A DNA stretch of 52,254 bases, filler included, from Sphacelaria rigidula (Eukaryota), in NCBI GenBank assembly GCA_964200075.2. It is 4 parts of 4 records of this genome, joined end to end, with 100 filler letters (N's around TTAATTAATTAA, not from the genome) between each part and the next. Parts side by side here need not be neighbours in the genome. Positions count along the whole stretch, not along the records: positions 13,094 to 26,084 come from CAXNAA020003245.1; positions 26,185 to 39,171 come from CAXNAA020003246.1; 2 more parts are not named here. One strand, given 5' to 3'. The notes under the pieces were generated by a model, which saw nothing but the letters and a program-made list of their open reading frames with translations, was not told the DNA's origin and did not search any database. Position 1 is the first letter of the stretch; each line of letters opens with the position of its first letter. Both the position numbers and the translations under genes were made by a program. This document shows, in pieces, positions 13,550-26,767 of this stretch.

Positions 13550-14109
13550 CTTTTGTTTCAATGTTCGTCATCAAAAATAAGGGGAAAAAAATGGGAAAAG
13601 AAAAAAGAGGTGAAAGGGGTCGAGAGAACGACCATGCACAAAAACACACACACAGAACCACCAACCTCGTGACTCAATGGAGACGGCTCACATCGTTCAA
13701 GACATATTTTGCTGCTGCTGCTGCTCTCGCTCTCGTTGTGCTGTATGTCACCAAGTATATATGGTGTCGGGCGATAACAATCCCACAGAGCTCCCACATG
13801 TTCTTTTTTTCACGTCACACCTTGAACCCCCTCTCGTACCTCGCGATGAGTGCTCAATACCATCTCAAGGTATCAATCAAACTCATCTGGCTTTTGTGTG
13901 AAGGAGCCCCCCGTAGGGAGTCAAGTCCTTTAGCCTTGAAGGCTTGCGGAACTGTGTCAAGTGTCTACCCTCAAAAGCTCACGGATCCGAGGTGAGCAAA
14001 CAACGAGGTCCGCACAATCCACGAAGAATCAAGGCATCGACATCTTCACCATATATGACCGGATTGCGGCCCACCCTGACCAAGTCCGGTGGGTAAGGGA
14101 GGGGAGGAA

Positions 14110-16330
14110 GGGGGGGCGTACCCATGATCTTACGTGACGGAATCATAAAACCATTGACCTCGCGTCCTTACAAAGCCGGGACAGACCACGCCGGGTTTTC
14201 GCCGCACCAGGCTCGCAACCCATCACCCAGCGCAAAGCGCCGTGATGTGTTGGGCGAGTCGCATGGAAGGTGAGCTGCATCGTCCTGTTAAGGTTGTTCG
14301 ATCCGAAGGGTATTCATTGTCTTGCATGCCGATGACATCCTAAAATAGGATGCTTTATTTTCTGGTACCGCCATGTCTAGGGACAGCCACAAGTTACACT
14401 GTCTCATGGGTGTCTCACCAATCAAACACTATCTAGTACGACCATCCCCTGTGCGCCGGGCTGAGGTTCTCCCACTCCGCACATGATCAAACTCGACCAC
14501 CATTATGGCTATCGCAAGGAGCACGTAAGCAAGAGAAACCCCCAGGAGCCTGGTTGCCTAGCTCACGCCGTGAGTGGTGTGCTTTACGGCGCCGTTACCA
14601 ACCTACCCCAACCCTTACGGGGGGGTGTATTTATGACCTTGCATAGCGTAGTCATAATACCATTGACCTCGCATCCCCTCAAGGCCAGGGCGGAGCACGT
14701 CGGGTTTTCGCCTGACCAGGCTCGCAATCCATCACCAGGCGCAAGGTGGCGTGATGTGTGTGGCGATTCGCATGAAGGGTGAGCTACACCCTGCTAAAAC
14801 TGTTCGTTTCGAAGCGTACTGATTATCTCGCACGTGAATGACAGCCTCGAATGAGTTGCTTTATTTTCCGGTATCGTCACTTGCAGAGACAGCCACGGGT
14901 TATACTGCCTCATGGGTGTATCAAACACCCGAGAAGGAGGGGAGGGGGGTGTACTCATGATCTTGCATTCCGCAATAATCTGACCGTTGTCCGCTCGTCC
15001 GTACAAAGCTGGGACGGAGCAAGCACACTGGGTTTCGCCGGACCAACCTTGCAGACACCGAGGGCGAAGCGCTGTTATGTGGTCGGCGAATCGCATGAAG
15101 GATGAGCTACATCCTGCCAAGCTTCGGTCCGACGTGTACTGATTATCTTGCATATGAACGGCAGTCTCGAATGAGTTGCGTCAATGTCCGGTATCGCCAC
15201 TTTCAGAGACAGTCACGGCTTACGCACTGCCTGATGGATGTCTCACCATTCAAAGACTACTTAGTATGAGCACCACCTTTGCGCGGAGTTGAGGTTCTCC
15301 ACTCCGCATACAACGATCTAGCTTGACCACCACCATGACTGCCGTAAAAAAAACGCACGTGAAAAAGAAACGGAAACTTGATTGCCCAGCTTACGCAGAG
15401 AGTGGCGTGTTTTACAGCATCATTGCCAACCCACGCCCACCCCTCAAAAGCGGGGCGGGGGGGCGGGGAGGGGGGTAAGAGAATGGCACGATGAAAAGGG
15501 AAAACAAATATATGTTCTTGACTCTTTCAACATTTCCTCGGAATAAGCCAGGTTTTGGCAAAATGATGAAGGCAAGCGAAGTAACCTTTTTTTGTCACTA
15601 TGCTACCGGGGAGAGATGGGTTGATCCCTTGAGACCACGGACTCGTTCCGAGGAAGGCGAGGGGCTCAAAGTGCGACAAATAATGCTATATATATATATA
15701 TATATACCGCCTTAGTTCCTGGTACACCGCTGGACATGGAGCCGCATGTCACATTCCTGATTTTTTTTTCAACAAAAATACCAAGAAATGAAGGCGAGTG
15801 TCCTCATAGTCTTGCATGCCGTAGTCATAAGGCCGTTGACTGCTCCCTACGAAGCCGGGACGGGGTACGCCGAGTTTTCGCCAGACCAGTCTCGCATCAC
15901 CAAGCGCGAAGCGCCGTGATGTGTTTGGCGATGAGCTGCATCCCCCGTAGGTGGTTCCGCCCGAGGCATACTAATTGCCTTGCATATGGATGACTGCCTC
16001 GAATGAGTTGCTTCATTTTGTGGTATCACCACTTCCAGGGACAGCCACGGGATACACTGCCCCAAGCTTGTCTCATCATGGAAGTGCTATATGTAAGGAC
16101 CATCCCCTTCGGGCGGAGTTGAGGTTCTACACCTCGCACAATATGATCCACCTCGACCATCGGGGGGAGGGTGTGCTCATGGTCTTCCATGCCGTAGTCA
16201 CAAGACCATCGACCTAGCATCCCTACAAAGCCGGGGCGGAGTACGTCGGATTTTCATCGGGGCAGACTCGCAGTCACTCACCAACCGCGAGACGCGGTGA
16301 TGTGTTCGGCGAGTCGCATGAAGGGTGGGG
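14110..16330 (+). mobile_element. Head-to-tail cluster of ~5 diverged copies of a ~500 bp non-autonomous dispersed element, inside a peptidase intron
   Basis: Units begin GGGGGGTGTACTCATG(A/G)TCTTGCATGCCGTAGTCATAA..CCATTGACCTCGCATCCCTACAAAGCCGGG at ~14110, ~14619, ~14944, ~15797 and ~16162; no ORF. Confidence 0.8.
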
Positions 16331-17632
16331 GGGCTTGCTCATTGGTACACAACGACGTTAGACTACGCGGTACATCACCCGGCACGATAAGATATACTCC
16401 GGCCTCTGCTTTCGTGGCAATCAAACAAAAGCCCTTCTTGCCATAAGATCTCGGCTGTGATTGTTGAGTAGAGGGTATCGGCGAGATACAGCACTTGCAA
16501 CCGCACACGTTGCGGCGGCGTAGCTCATCCCCGCACTCTATACCCCGCGGTTAGCACTGCAACATAATATAACCTCCCTGAAGGACCATACGTGCAGTTT
16601 TCAAGTGTACACTATGTTGGAGTTTCGAATCCAGTACTGTTTACAAGATATAGCTACGTAAACATTCGGGCTGGGAGTTTCTGATGACACGGTTCGGGTA
16701 ATACATTCCAAAATATCCAATGGAAAGCATTGCAGTGAAAAATAAAACCCCTGAAAGGACCATGTGTGCGCATCCTCTTTTCGTTGAGATATTTTTCGTC
16801 ACACTTCCAACTCCTTGGCTTCTTCGGGTCGGATCAGCAATCACGCACCACGTACCATACATATATAATGACAATCGTCACGTATTTCCTCTTTGCTACA
16901 ATTCATGTCCTCACGCTTCCAAACATTCGGATCTTTCGAGATTTCGAACCCTTGATTAATCGCCTACCGCGACAGATTTCAGCTTTTCACCACTGGGACC
17001 ACCGGTTTTTGGGTGTCTATATATGTTCAATCGGTCATGCTCCACACACGAATTGAAGAAAAAATATGATGAGCGTATACACGTTGCTGAATTTTCACAC
17101 ACTTGTACACATACATAACACCCTGATGACAACCAAAAATCCAACAAGCAACCAACCATGGACCAATATCACGCAAGCAAGCAAGCAAGCAATACAAAAA
17201 GGAAAGCCCTCTCACGGGGGGATCATGTTCCATCAATCAACGAACCCAAGAAAAATCATTGAGAGGTTCTCCACCAACCTTTTGGTCGCGCGCGCAGTCA
17301 AGACCAGTACAGCATTTTGGGAATTTTTACTGTAGGAAACAGCCGTCGTAATGTATGCAGTGGATGACTACACGAGGGCGGTGCATTGGCGTATGTATGG
17401 GCTGCAATACATGGCCGGCTTCGCGGCCAAGGAGATATACCGACATCGGATAATGTTCGATGTTTAACGCGCAAAAACTAATGACTGACGGTTTGAGCGC
17501 GAGGGTAGCTCATCTGGGTCATGTATGATTTTTTCAAGCGAAATTGATGCCGATTCAACATATGACTGATGCTGGTGGTCACAGCATTAACATTTCATTC
17601 GATATAGAAAACAAGAAAATAGCACAGCTTAC

Positions 17633-17794
17633 CTCGGCGTCGTAGGTGTACTCGTTCAACCGCTCGTCCAGGGAGAACTCGAAAAGCTTCAGCGCGGCCA
17701 CCGTCCTCGGGCTCTCGTATGCCACGGGGCTTACCAACTCGAAGTAACAAACGGCCTTGGGTTGTGCGAAGACGTTATCCAGCTTGTGCCTCAC
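17633..17794 (-). CDS. M16A peptidase internal exon
   Basis: 162 nt, CAG/GTAAG; VRHKLDNVFAQPKAVCYFELVSPVAYESP...LNEYTYDAE matches IDE 'wfKqDdkF.lPKA...SP.AY...LNEYaYaAe'. Confidence 0.92.
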
Positions 17795-17924
17795 CTGTAT
17801 GTATGACATGTTTATATGAACGAATATTGTCAAGTGAAAAAAGACCACCGGTCAACGAAACCAATATTCGAGTATATAACCACAAGATTAGCAGACTCGC
17901 GCATTGCCATATATGAATATTACT

Positions 17925-20900
17925 ACATTGGTCAGAAATAGGTAGAACCAAGCTTCATTTGGACACTGATGAAGAAATTTACACACTACCATAGCACGTT
18001 TCTGTTCGATCCCCGTTGTGCTTTCTCCAAATATATGAGTACGGTGGTCACCAAAAGGTAGAACCAAATTCCATTCGGACACTGATCGAAAAGTTCATAG
18101 ACTATATAGTAACACATTTATGTTCGATGCCCGTTGCGCTTACTGTATCGGCCACTAATAAATAGAACCAAGCTTCATTCGGACACTGATGAAGAAATCT
18201 ACAAGCTACCATAATACGTTTGTGGTCAGTTCCCGTTGTGCTCTCTTCAAACATATTATTACGGTGGTCACTAAAAGGTGGAACCAAATTCCATTCGAAC
18301 ACTAAACAAAAAGTTCATAAACTATACAGTAACATGTTCATGTTCGATGCCTATTGTGCTTACTGTATAGGCCACTAATAAGTAGAACCGCACTTCATTC
18401 GGATATTGATCGTCGTCAGTGCTCCCTTAGATTATCTTCGCGTTAAACACTTCGTCCTCCGTGATGCACTGCGGTTCTAGTCATGAGGTGTTTTGTCCAC
18501 GAGGCCGACCCAGACCTGACCCGTCCGTCGACGACCGCTTCTTCTCCATCCTTGTTGCCGACACTAGCCTTAACCCGGCAAACGCCCCTTTTGTGTCAAG
18601 GGTGTGCGTGCCAGGTATCGACAGCAGTGTATCACCTCCGCGCACCTACCGAATCCCAACATCCCCGCAATCTGGGTGCTGACACATTACACTACGGGAT
18701 GGGTTGTTGCAATCAGCTGATGTGAGATACTCAATCAATCGATCACCCGTTTGAACACAGGTTAAACCCACACTCAGGGCGTTGGCATATTATCCTTTGT
18801 TATAAAAGAGGGGTGGGTGTGCCTGAAGGACACTGTGCTGATCCAACTCCGCCACCACACCGCGGCCTTGGCCAGGGATAGTAGCAAGAAGGCATCACTC
18901 CTTGAGGGTGAGTCCGACCTTACACCCGCCGAAAAGACCCTCCCAACGCCGTACCGATAACACTGATCGTGGCCATCGTTGCAGGACGGGGAACGGGATT
19001 CTAGTACGTGATGAATACTTACAGATGGTATCCCATGTTTTCGTGGTTGGATATAGGATACTCTGAACATATTCTGTTTTCATCTGGTAGCCCTGGATCG
19101 TGTGTAGCCTAGGCACCCCCCCTCTGCTGCCTTCTCTTGTGTGTTTCTATGACAATGCTCCTTGGCTAGAACCCAAGGGAGAACATATCCTCGTTTCCCC
19201 TCCTCATTGCTATCGGCTCGTCTCTTCTGTTCGTCTTGTCTTTTTGGGTCTTCTTCTCCGACGTTTTTCAGTCTCCGGTGCGCAGGCTCTGTAGAGGATA
19301 TCTTAGAGCAGCACTCTAGGCAGAAGTTCTAATTTGGGACTGGTTCCTGTTCTATGCGACAGTTCGATTTCCGGCGCAATTGCTGTGACCACACTCTGTA
19401 AACACCAGTACGTGGCGAGGAAGTCAGAACGGTCACACTTCGGGACATTTTAGTTTCCAGTACGTCTTCTGTAATTTAATCGGTATTTTACGGATTTTTT
19501 CGTAGTGTGGGTGCCTTTCTTCGGGTAGGTGTTTTGTTTCTTCGGGTAGGTGTTTGATATATATGGGTATATATGGTGTGCTCCTTGGACCCTGTGACAA
19601 CGGATGCGAGAGATCGAGTCAATCTGACGGAAAGAATGATGAAAATAATACTTCTAGTAGTGAAAGTAAAAAGAACAATAAGAAATCATGATAACAGCAA
19701 TAATAATAACAGTTGTCCGCAAAATCCATGCAGTACAATAACTCGTTCTCCGTGGTGTACAGTATGTGTCGTTTGTTTTTGATCCCCGTTGTGCTTCCTA
19801 TATACATATTACTCCGGTGGTCACTGATACGTAGAACCAAATTATTCGGATATTGATAGTACAAAACATACAGTACAGTAGGTATTTCTAGTTGTGTACA
19901 TAATTTCGCTTGTGTTCGATCCCCGTTGTGCTGCCGATACATACTCCTATGGTCACTAGAAAGTAGAACCAGGTTTCATTCAGACACTGATCGAAAAATT
20001 GACACACCAGAGTGCCATGTTTCTGTATTATCCCCGTTGCGCTTCGTATGAATCAAGATACTACGTTAGTTACTAGAAAGTAGAACCAGATTTCATTCGG
20101 AAATTGATCGAAAAAATCACATACTATATCGCCATGTTTCTGTTCGATACCTGTTGTACTTCTTTAGGCATAATAATGCGGTGGTCACTAGAAAGTAGAA
20201 CCACATTTCTTTCCAACTTCCCAAAGACGAACGTAGTATTATGTACAACCAACGGGGATCAATACAGTAACTCTTTGAAATGCGGTTCAACACAAACAGC
20301 ACAGAGTAACGTAGTATGCACAACGGGAAATTCCTCGGATCAGAACCAGACTCCATTCGGACACTGATCACAAAATGTATCAAGATGCTTTATTATACAT
20401 CTTACTCCAGTGGTAACCGATACATAGGATCGAATTTCATTCGGACATTGATCGGGAAGTCCAGAAAATCAATACATTAACTCGTTGTTGTTCGCGTTGG
20501 ACCTTGTTGTGCTTCCTATATACTCCGGAGTACCTATTAACACGGCGGCCGGTGGTACGTAGAACCATATGTCATTCGGACATTGATCCCAAAACCGATA
20601 CAGTACAGTAGGTTTTTTTGTGGTGTGCAATATCATGTTTCTGTTCGATCCCCGTTGTTGTCCCCATATGCACAATACTACGTTGGTTTTACACACTGAC
20701 CGAAAAATTCATACACCACAGTATCATGTTTCTGTTCGATCCCCGTTGTGCTTCCTGTGTAGACACATCACTACGGGGGTCACTAGTAAGTAGAACCAAA
20801 TTTCAGTCGATTTGATAGCAAAGTTCATCGAGTACATCGACTTGTTTCTGTTCTATCCACGTTGTGCTTACCATGCACATCTTACTTTGACTACTAGTGA

Positions 20901-21500
20901 ATAGAATGCAAGTTTTCCATTCATATGTTGACCTCGAATTCATCAAGTACAGTCAGTAACGTTTCTGTCCGACCCCCGTTGTGCTGCTACATACATCTTA
21001 CTGCGGTGGTCACTGATGACGTGACCAAATTCCATTCATGCATGGATCGCGACAGCACAGTGACATTTTTCGTGGTCTACAGTATGTTGCTTGTGTTCGA
21101 TCCCCCTTGTGCTGACTAAATATATACATACTGCTAGTACAGTGGTCACTGGTAGGTAGAACCAAATTTCATTCGGACATTGATCCCACAACCCGCGCAC
21201 TTGAGCAACTGTTTGTGTGGTGTACAGTATTTTGTGCTCGATCCTCGTTGCGCTGACAACATACTACCACGACGGTCACTGATACGTAGAACTAGATTTC
21301 ACTCCGACGTCGATCGAAAAGTTTGTTCTGTACATCAACCTCTTATGGTACAGCAAATTAGTTATTTGTGCTCTATCCCCCCCGTGATTACGGAATACAT
21401 GCTGCTAAGGGGGTCACTAAACAATAACACCAGATTATATATAGACATCGACACAGCATACTACTTTTCTGTCTTCGATCCTCGTTGCGCATGTGGTCAG
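17925..21500. repeat. Degenerate ~105-130 bp satellite (roughly 17 units) in the peptidase intron, interrupted by an unrelated ~1.3 kb block (~18410-19750)
   Basis: Alternating motifs GTTTCTGTTCGATCCCCGTTGTGCT and GGTGGTCACTA...TAGAACCAAATTTCATTCGGACACTGATC recur throughout. Confidence 0.88.
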
Positions 21501-23698
21501 TTTGAACCGTAATAGCAACGCCTTCGTGAATATATCAATAATCCTTCTACTGACATGCGGTCATTTTGAGCCACCGGTTTTGGATGGGTCTCCAACGATT
21601 GGGGGTACACGCGAACAGAGACCAAAATATCACACTTTTGAGTGAAATTATGTTTTTCAGAGATAATACATGGTGTAGTCGGAGGCCATTTCACCCCCGT
21701 TGGTTTCACTCTCAAGCGTGTTGAATAGCACCAACACCGAGCGAGAAAACTCATCTTGGTTCTACTTATTTGTGACCGTTGTTTTGATATTGTGATTTAC
21801 CTCTTCAGTATCCGGTAGTGCGAGCTATCAGGTATGTTTTTGAACATGATCGTCTACCAATAGTGTCGTTTTGAGCCACATGCAACTCGTATTGCACAGC
21901 CTTCTTGCCTGAAGCCGAGTGAAAAGGCCCGCATTTCATTCTTCCCCGAGGGACCGGTGCTAGCCTCTAGGCTGGCGCTTTATCTTCGCTTGTTCGGCTG
22001 TTTGTCTTGCATTTTTGTTTCTTTTCGTTTTATTTCCTTCACGGTGAGAAGTTTCTCTGTTTGCTCTGCCCTTCCCCATCGTTTCCATTTTTTCGAGTTT
22101 TCCCTCTGCGTTTTTTTCTCTTCCGGTTGTACACCTTCGACATGACCATTTACCTTTGACATGATCACGGCTAAATTCGTGGTGGGCGAGCTATTGTGCG
22201 ACAATCGATCGGCCAATGAATCAAGTAATCAACACATGGACGATAAAAACAGCCACCAAATCATTGGCCGCCATGCGTAAGAGAATTTCCCCGCATAGAT
22301 ACACCCATCCCTTTTGAGGAAAAAGCAACCTGCCTACTATACCCTCTACCCCCCGCCCCCCCCCGGTCCCTACAGGCCAGCAAGTACCGTAGGCGCGAGG
22401 GTAGTAAAACGGGCAAGGGTCCAAATCACTCTTCTACCGGAGCCAGAGATCAGGCGAGGGGAGAAAGTGATGTTGATGAAGTCACAGTGCAGCATGGCTT
22501 CTGCGAGAGAACTAGTCTTCTACTGTGAGGAAGCCAGCAATTCTTCGATGTGTAGCAAAACAAAAGTTGATCCACCCCCCTTCCACCCGGCCCTGCTCTC
22601 ACCTCCTCACCTGCTGGGAGTTCCACACACTTTGGAGTGCGTTCGTTGATGACGATTACTAGCTACTTGATCGATTGATCGATTGATTTGATAGTTTCAT
22701 ACTTACTATGCAGTTACGAACCTACCCAGCCGTTGCCACAAGATACACAACCGTACCCATTTTTACGTATATTTCGTTGTTTTATTTTATTATTACTTTC
22801 TATGTTGACAGTTCTTCTCCGTCCCCACTCCTTTCCTCTGCTGCATAATTTAATCTTGTTTTATGCTTGCTTGCATCGGTTATTGTTCATCAGTGTACTC
22901 CTTTTGTTCTCTTCCATTTTCTTCTATATTTTTTCTTTTCCTTCAGCAGCAAGCGCTTCCATTTGATACTATCATGGGTACGTCTATCGTGTGGCCACCC
23001 ACGGCTGAATCATGCGGGGATCAAATCATGTGCGATAATCAGTGCCATTAATCGATTCATCGGCCAATGAAACAAACCCAGGCTGAATATTCACTCGCTG
23101 ACATGAAAACTCGATAAACTTACAAGTAGGAATAGGCAAGGACAGGTACATGGATCATGGATGATGACAGCAACTAAAGTATTGCATACGTGAGGCCCGA
23201 TTCGCGCACGAGAATTTCAGCGGCCCTTGCACGGTCAGTCATTCCTGATGGCATCGAAAATACCAGAAACTCGGGGTCCTCTTTCCTCTTTGGTGTATAC
23301 CGAAAACGCTCCGCAAAGCACAGCATCATAGAGTGGTTCACTCCTGGTGGTAACGGAAATACGGAAAGGTCCGGGTCCCCCTTTGGAGCACCGAAATCCT
23401 TCCGCAGAGCACAACACACGGGCAACATTCGTTCCCACATGGTAGCAGACACACGTAACATTCGGGGTCCTCTCCGAGGCCGAGAACGCCCCGCAAAAAA
23501 AATCCGCCATCAATCGGATGAACCAATCAGAAAATATATGTATTATGATAGATTTATGAAGAGAGAAGATAAAAATAAAAATGGAAAATATGCCATGGTA
23601 ACCCCAAAAACTTGATACTCTGTACATGTGCATGTCGGGTTCTGTTTTTTTTTTCATTTTCATCCCCACAATTAAAATAAAAAACATGTATACTTCAC

Positions 23699-23896
23699 CT
23701 GCCAATTGTTCCCCGTCGATGCCGGGAATTCAAGCAACTTGGGCGGTTCGACAGGATCGCCAGGCTTGAGCACCCTCTTCTTGGGGTTGATAACACTCAG
23801 ATCCTCGGGGACGAAGGGGTTCGGTTCCGGCAGCGCCAGCTCCGACAAGCTCGGAGGGTACGACCACTCCTTGACATGAGACGCCAAGGGCTCGAT
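23699..23896 (-). CDS. M16A peptidase internal exon
   Basis: 198 nt, CAG/GT; IEPLASHVKEWSYPPSLSELALPEPNPFVPEDL...PPKLL matches the IDE 'LP.kN.F.P.df' motif. Confidence 0.88.
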
Positions 23897-25137
23897 CTGT
23901 AACTCACGCGTTAAGCCAGATGGAAGGGTGGATAGGTCAGAACATCAGCCGGGTCAGCCTGGGTTCACATGCGGCGCGGTGAGAGAGTGGGCTGAAGCAT
24001 GCACTAAATAACCAAAACAGTTGGGTCGATAAATATATACCGTCAAAAGTCAGTACCAGAGGAGAAATGAGTTGATCCCTCAAAACTTCAGCCTCATCTC
24101 GAGAAGAAGGGGGAGGTTGAAACCGTGATAAACAAAAATAAAATGACAGTGTTAACGCATTCCGACACATGCACATACAGTACACAATGGTTACCTGCCG
24201 GTCAGCCATGCAATATCGCGCGGTCCCACAGGGTGGCCCCAAACCGCAGTACCACACGCGCGCCAAACGTCGGAGCAATCGACGGCGGTGCATTCATTTG
24301 ACATCATGCACTTTTCGACAGGGCTGTGTATTGGTACCAATACATGCTGGTCATCACATCTCCCTCTCCCTCTACATATATTGATACTGAAATCAGCGAC
24401 ACCCATGTACCAATATACTAATTACCACCCATGCCAGAGTCATTTAAATATATATATATGTATATTTGTATATATCCACGTTATCCGCCATTTATTTTGC
24501 AAGTCATTCGTATGGGTCAGAAAAGCCATCTGTGTACGTAACCGGCCGCATCATACAGTATTAGACAACGTGACGTACGGGTACAAGTATATGACGGCGA
24601 CTTACATGTAGAAGGCATCACCGCAAAAAAACAACCATCGCACGACCAATACAGTCTCGTATTGCAAGGTACTGCATCTCGACAGATACAGAATTTTATG
24701 AGCATAATCTGAATGGTTTCCGCAGATGAAAGCACGAGCACGTACGTGAGTAGCGAAGACAAAAATCGATGAGGATCCACGCAGTTTACGAGTGCCGTTC
24801 GTTATGATCCAACAAATCGGCGACACCAAAATCGAAGGCAGACGAAGGGCGAGTACAGGTTGAGAGATGGGTTGATTGGTCCCTTGGGACTGCGGACTGG
24901 TCCCAAGAATGGGGGGTAGGGATTTGCAGCATGACATAATATATATACAAGCACGCTTCCCCTGTTACCCACTTTCATGCCGCCCTGCCTTTTGCATATA
25001 CGGTCTGTGGTGAAATGAGTAATGAGTAATGAGTAATGGAGAGTGTTTCTCTGTGCGGTGCTTCACACGAAACGAGCAACATTTTTCACGAATAGCGTCA
25101 TTTTCCATACACACGTACATTACGCCCTACAGAATAC

Positions 25138-25309
25138 CTGATACTTTGTGCCGTACCACCTCTCCCGTTCCTTCGCTGCGCCCTCAAAGTCTTTGGCCAC
25201 CACCGTGACCAGAGGGGTGGACGCGGAGTAATCGACGGGCTGCGGCCTGAGCACCTCCAGCGCTCTCTCCACCAGAGTTTCGTTGTAGCGCGTTAGCCGT
25301 GCCGGACCG
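25138..25309 (-). CDS. Insulysin/IDE-like M16A metallopeptidase, internal exon (first seen in this contig)
   Basis: AG..GT bounded; GPARLTRYNETLVERALEVLRP...VTVVAKDFEGAAKERERWYGTKYQ resembles the IDE 'EKWYGT' region; phase 0 end matches the next exon. Confidence 0.82.
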
Positions 25310-25387
25310 CTTCATTTTTGTGTTTTGGCGGGATTTACGAAACGCGAAGAGTATAAACATCACACAAATCAGCAAAGTGAACACGAC

Positions 25388-25505
25388 ACAGTAGACTACA
25401 GTAGACTACAGTAGACTGCAGAAGACAACAGTAGACTAGACTAGACTAGACCACTGTACAATATGATACAGTACAGTACAGTACAGTACAGTACAGTACA
25501 GTATA
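25388..25505. repeat. Compound simple repeats (CAGTAGACTA)n, (ACTAG)n, (ACAGT)n
   Basis: Directly visible. Confidence 0.9.
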
Positions 25506-26084
25506 GTGGGTGGTGTTGACGATGAGGTGTTGTAAACATCTAGATCATGTTACATAAAAAACACAACCATGTAAATGTATACTTCCTCTGTCCGACACTT
25601 TCTACGATAGCCCCCCCCTCAAAAGTGTATGGTTTTGGGATGCAAAATCTTCACGTAAATCGAAATGGGACAAGCCGAGCACAACGAGAAGCTGGGAATT
25701 ACCACGCTTGGGTTCGTTCTAGCCAATGTCACCAATATGAGGCGATTCATGCAGCCTGAACACGAACATCAGGCGCTGTATGGGGCCATTTTTTTCGTGA
25801 CACTTCTAGCTGGTTTTTTGGGGGGGGGCTATCGTAGAAAGTGTCGCCCATAAGTTAAGGTGCCTAAATTTGTACGGGCCCTCAACGATGTCCGATCGTT
25901 TGTTTTTTTTTAATGAACTCTATGGTGTTTTTTGGGTGAAGAAAATGCGTTTAAGATTGGCAGCTCATGAATTTTTTATTCCCTCGGAAAGGGGCAAAAA
26001 ACGATCATTTTTGGGCCGACTACTTTTTGCGCAGCCGTTCGGCGGCATGGTTCAAACATGAGCTGCAAATTTTAAACACATTTT

Positions 26085-26184
26085 NNNNNNNNNNNNNNNN
26101 NNNNNNNNNNNNNNNNNNNNNNNNNNNNTTAATTAATTAANNNNNNNNNNNNNNNNNNNNNNNNNNNNNNNNNNNNNNNNNNNN
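26085..26184. other. Artificial contig linker (44 N + TTAATTAATTAA + 44 N)
   Basis: Same 100-nt structure as 12994-13093. Confidence 0.97.
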
Positions 26185-26767
26185 CACACACACACACACA
26201 CACACACCCTCCACCCCTCGGCCGGTTCAAACTGAGGAAAATGGAGTGGGGGTCCAGGGTGTTTTTTTTGCCTGCCCTTGGTTACTACAACGAATCTCAG
26301 CTTCGTGTCATTCGAATGCGGTGCCACCACCCACGTGGACAGATAGCTCCCTGTGGAGGGGATCTACAGGGTTTACGTACCCTGCGCAGTGTTTCTGGCG
26401 GGAATTTTACTGTACAGTGTTTTCCAGCGTAGCACAGGACGCTCCACAGGGTTTCCCTACAGTGGTCATGAATACAGTAGTGTGCATCACAGGGTTCCGT
26501 CGCCCCGTGAAGAGTCCATCGCTGCTACAAAAATAAGTAGTTGACACTGTTGGTAGTAGGGGCGGCGTGTTCACAAATGCCTGCCTGGGGCATCTGCTTG
26601 TCGCAGTGACTGCAGCAGGGCGATATTCGCGGGACGATGTCATCTTTGTACATTGTACAACGAGTGCATGCATACAGTACGGCAGTATAGTAGCAGTAGT
26701 AGTGCGGATCAATAAAAACTCGGCAGTAGTCGCATACGTGCCTCCACTGAACGCCCTCCAAAACCTC

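Noticed and set aside
17925-21500. CRISPR-like array (conserved boxes separated by variable sequence)
   Set aside because: The boxes are degenerate, the linkers are homologous to each other, the array sits in a spliceosomal intron, and there are no cas genes. It is a satellite.
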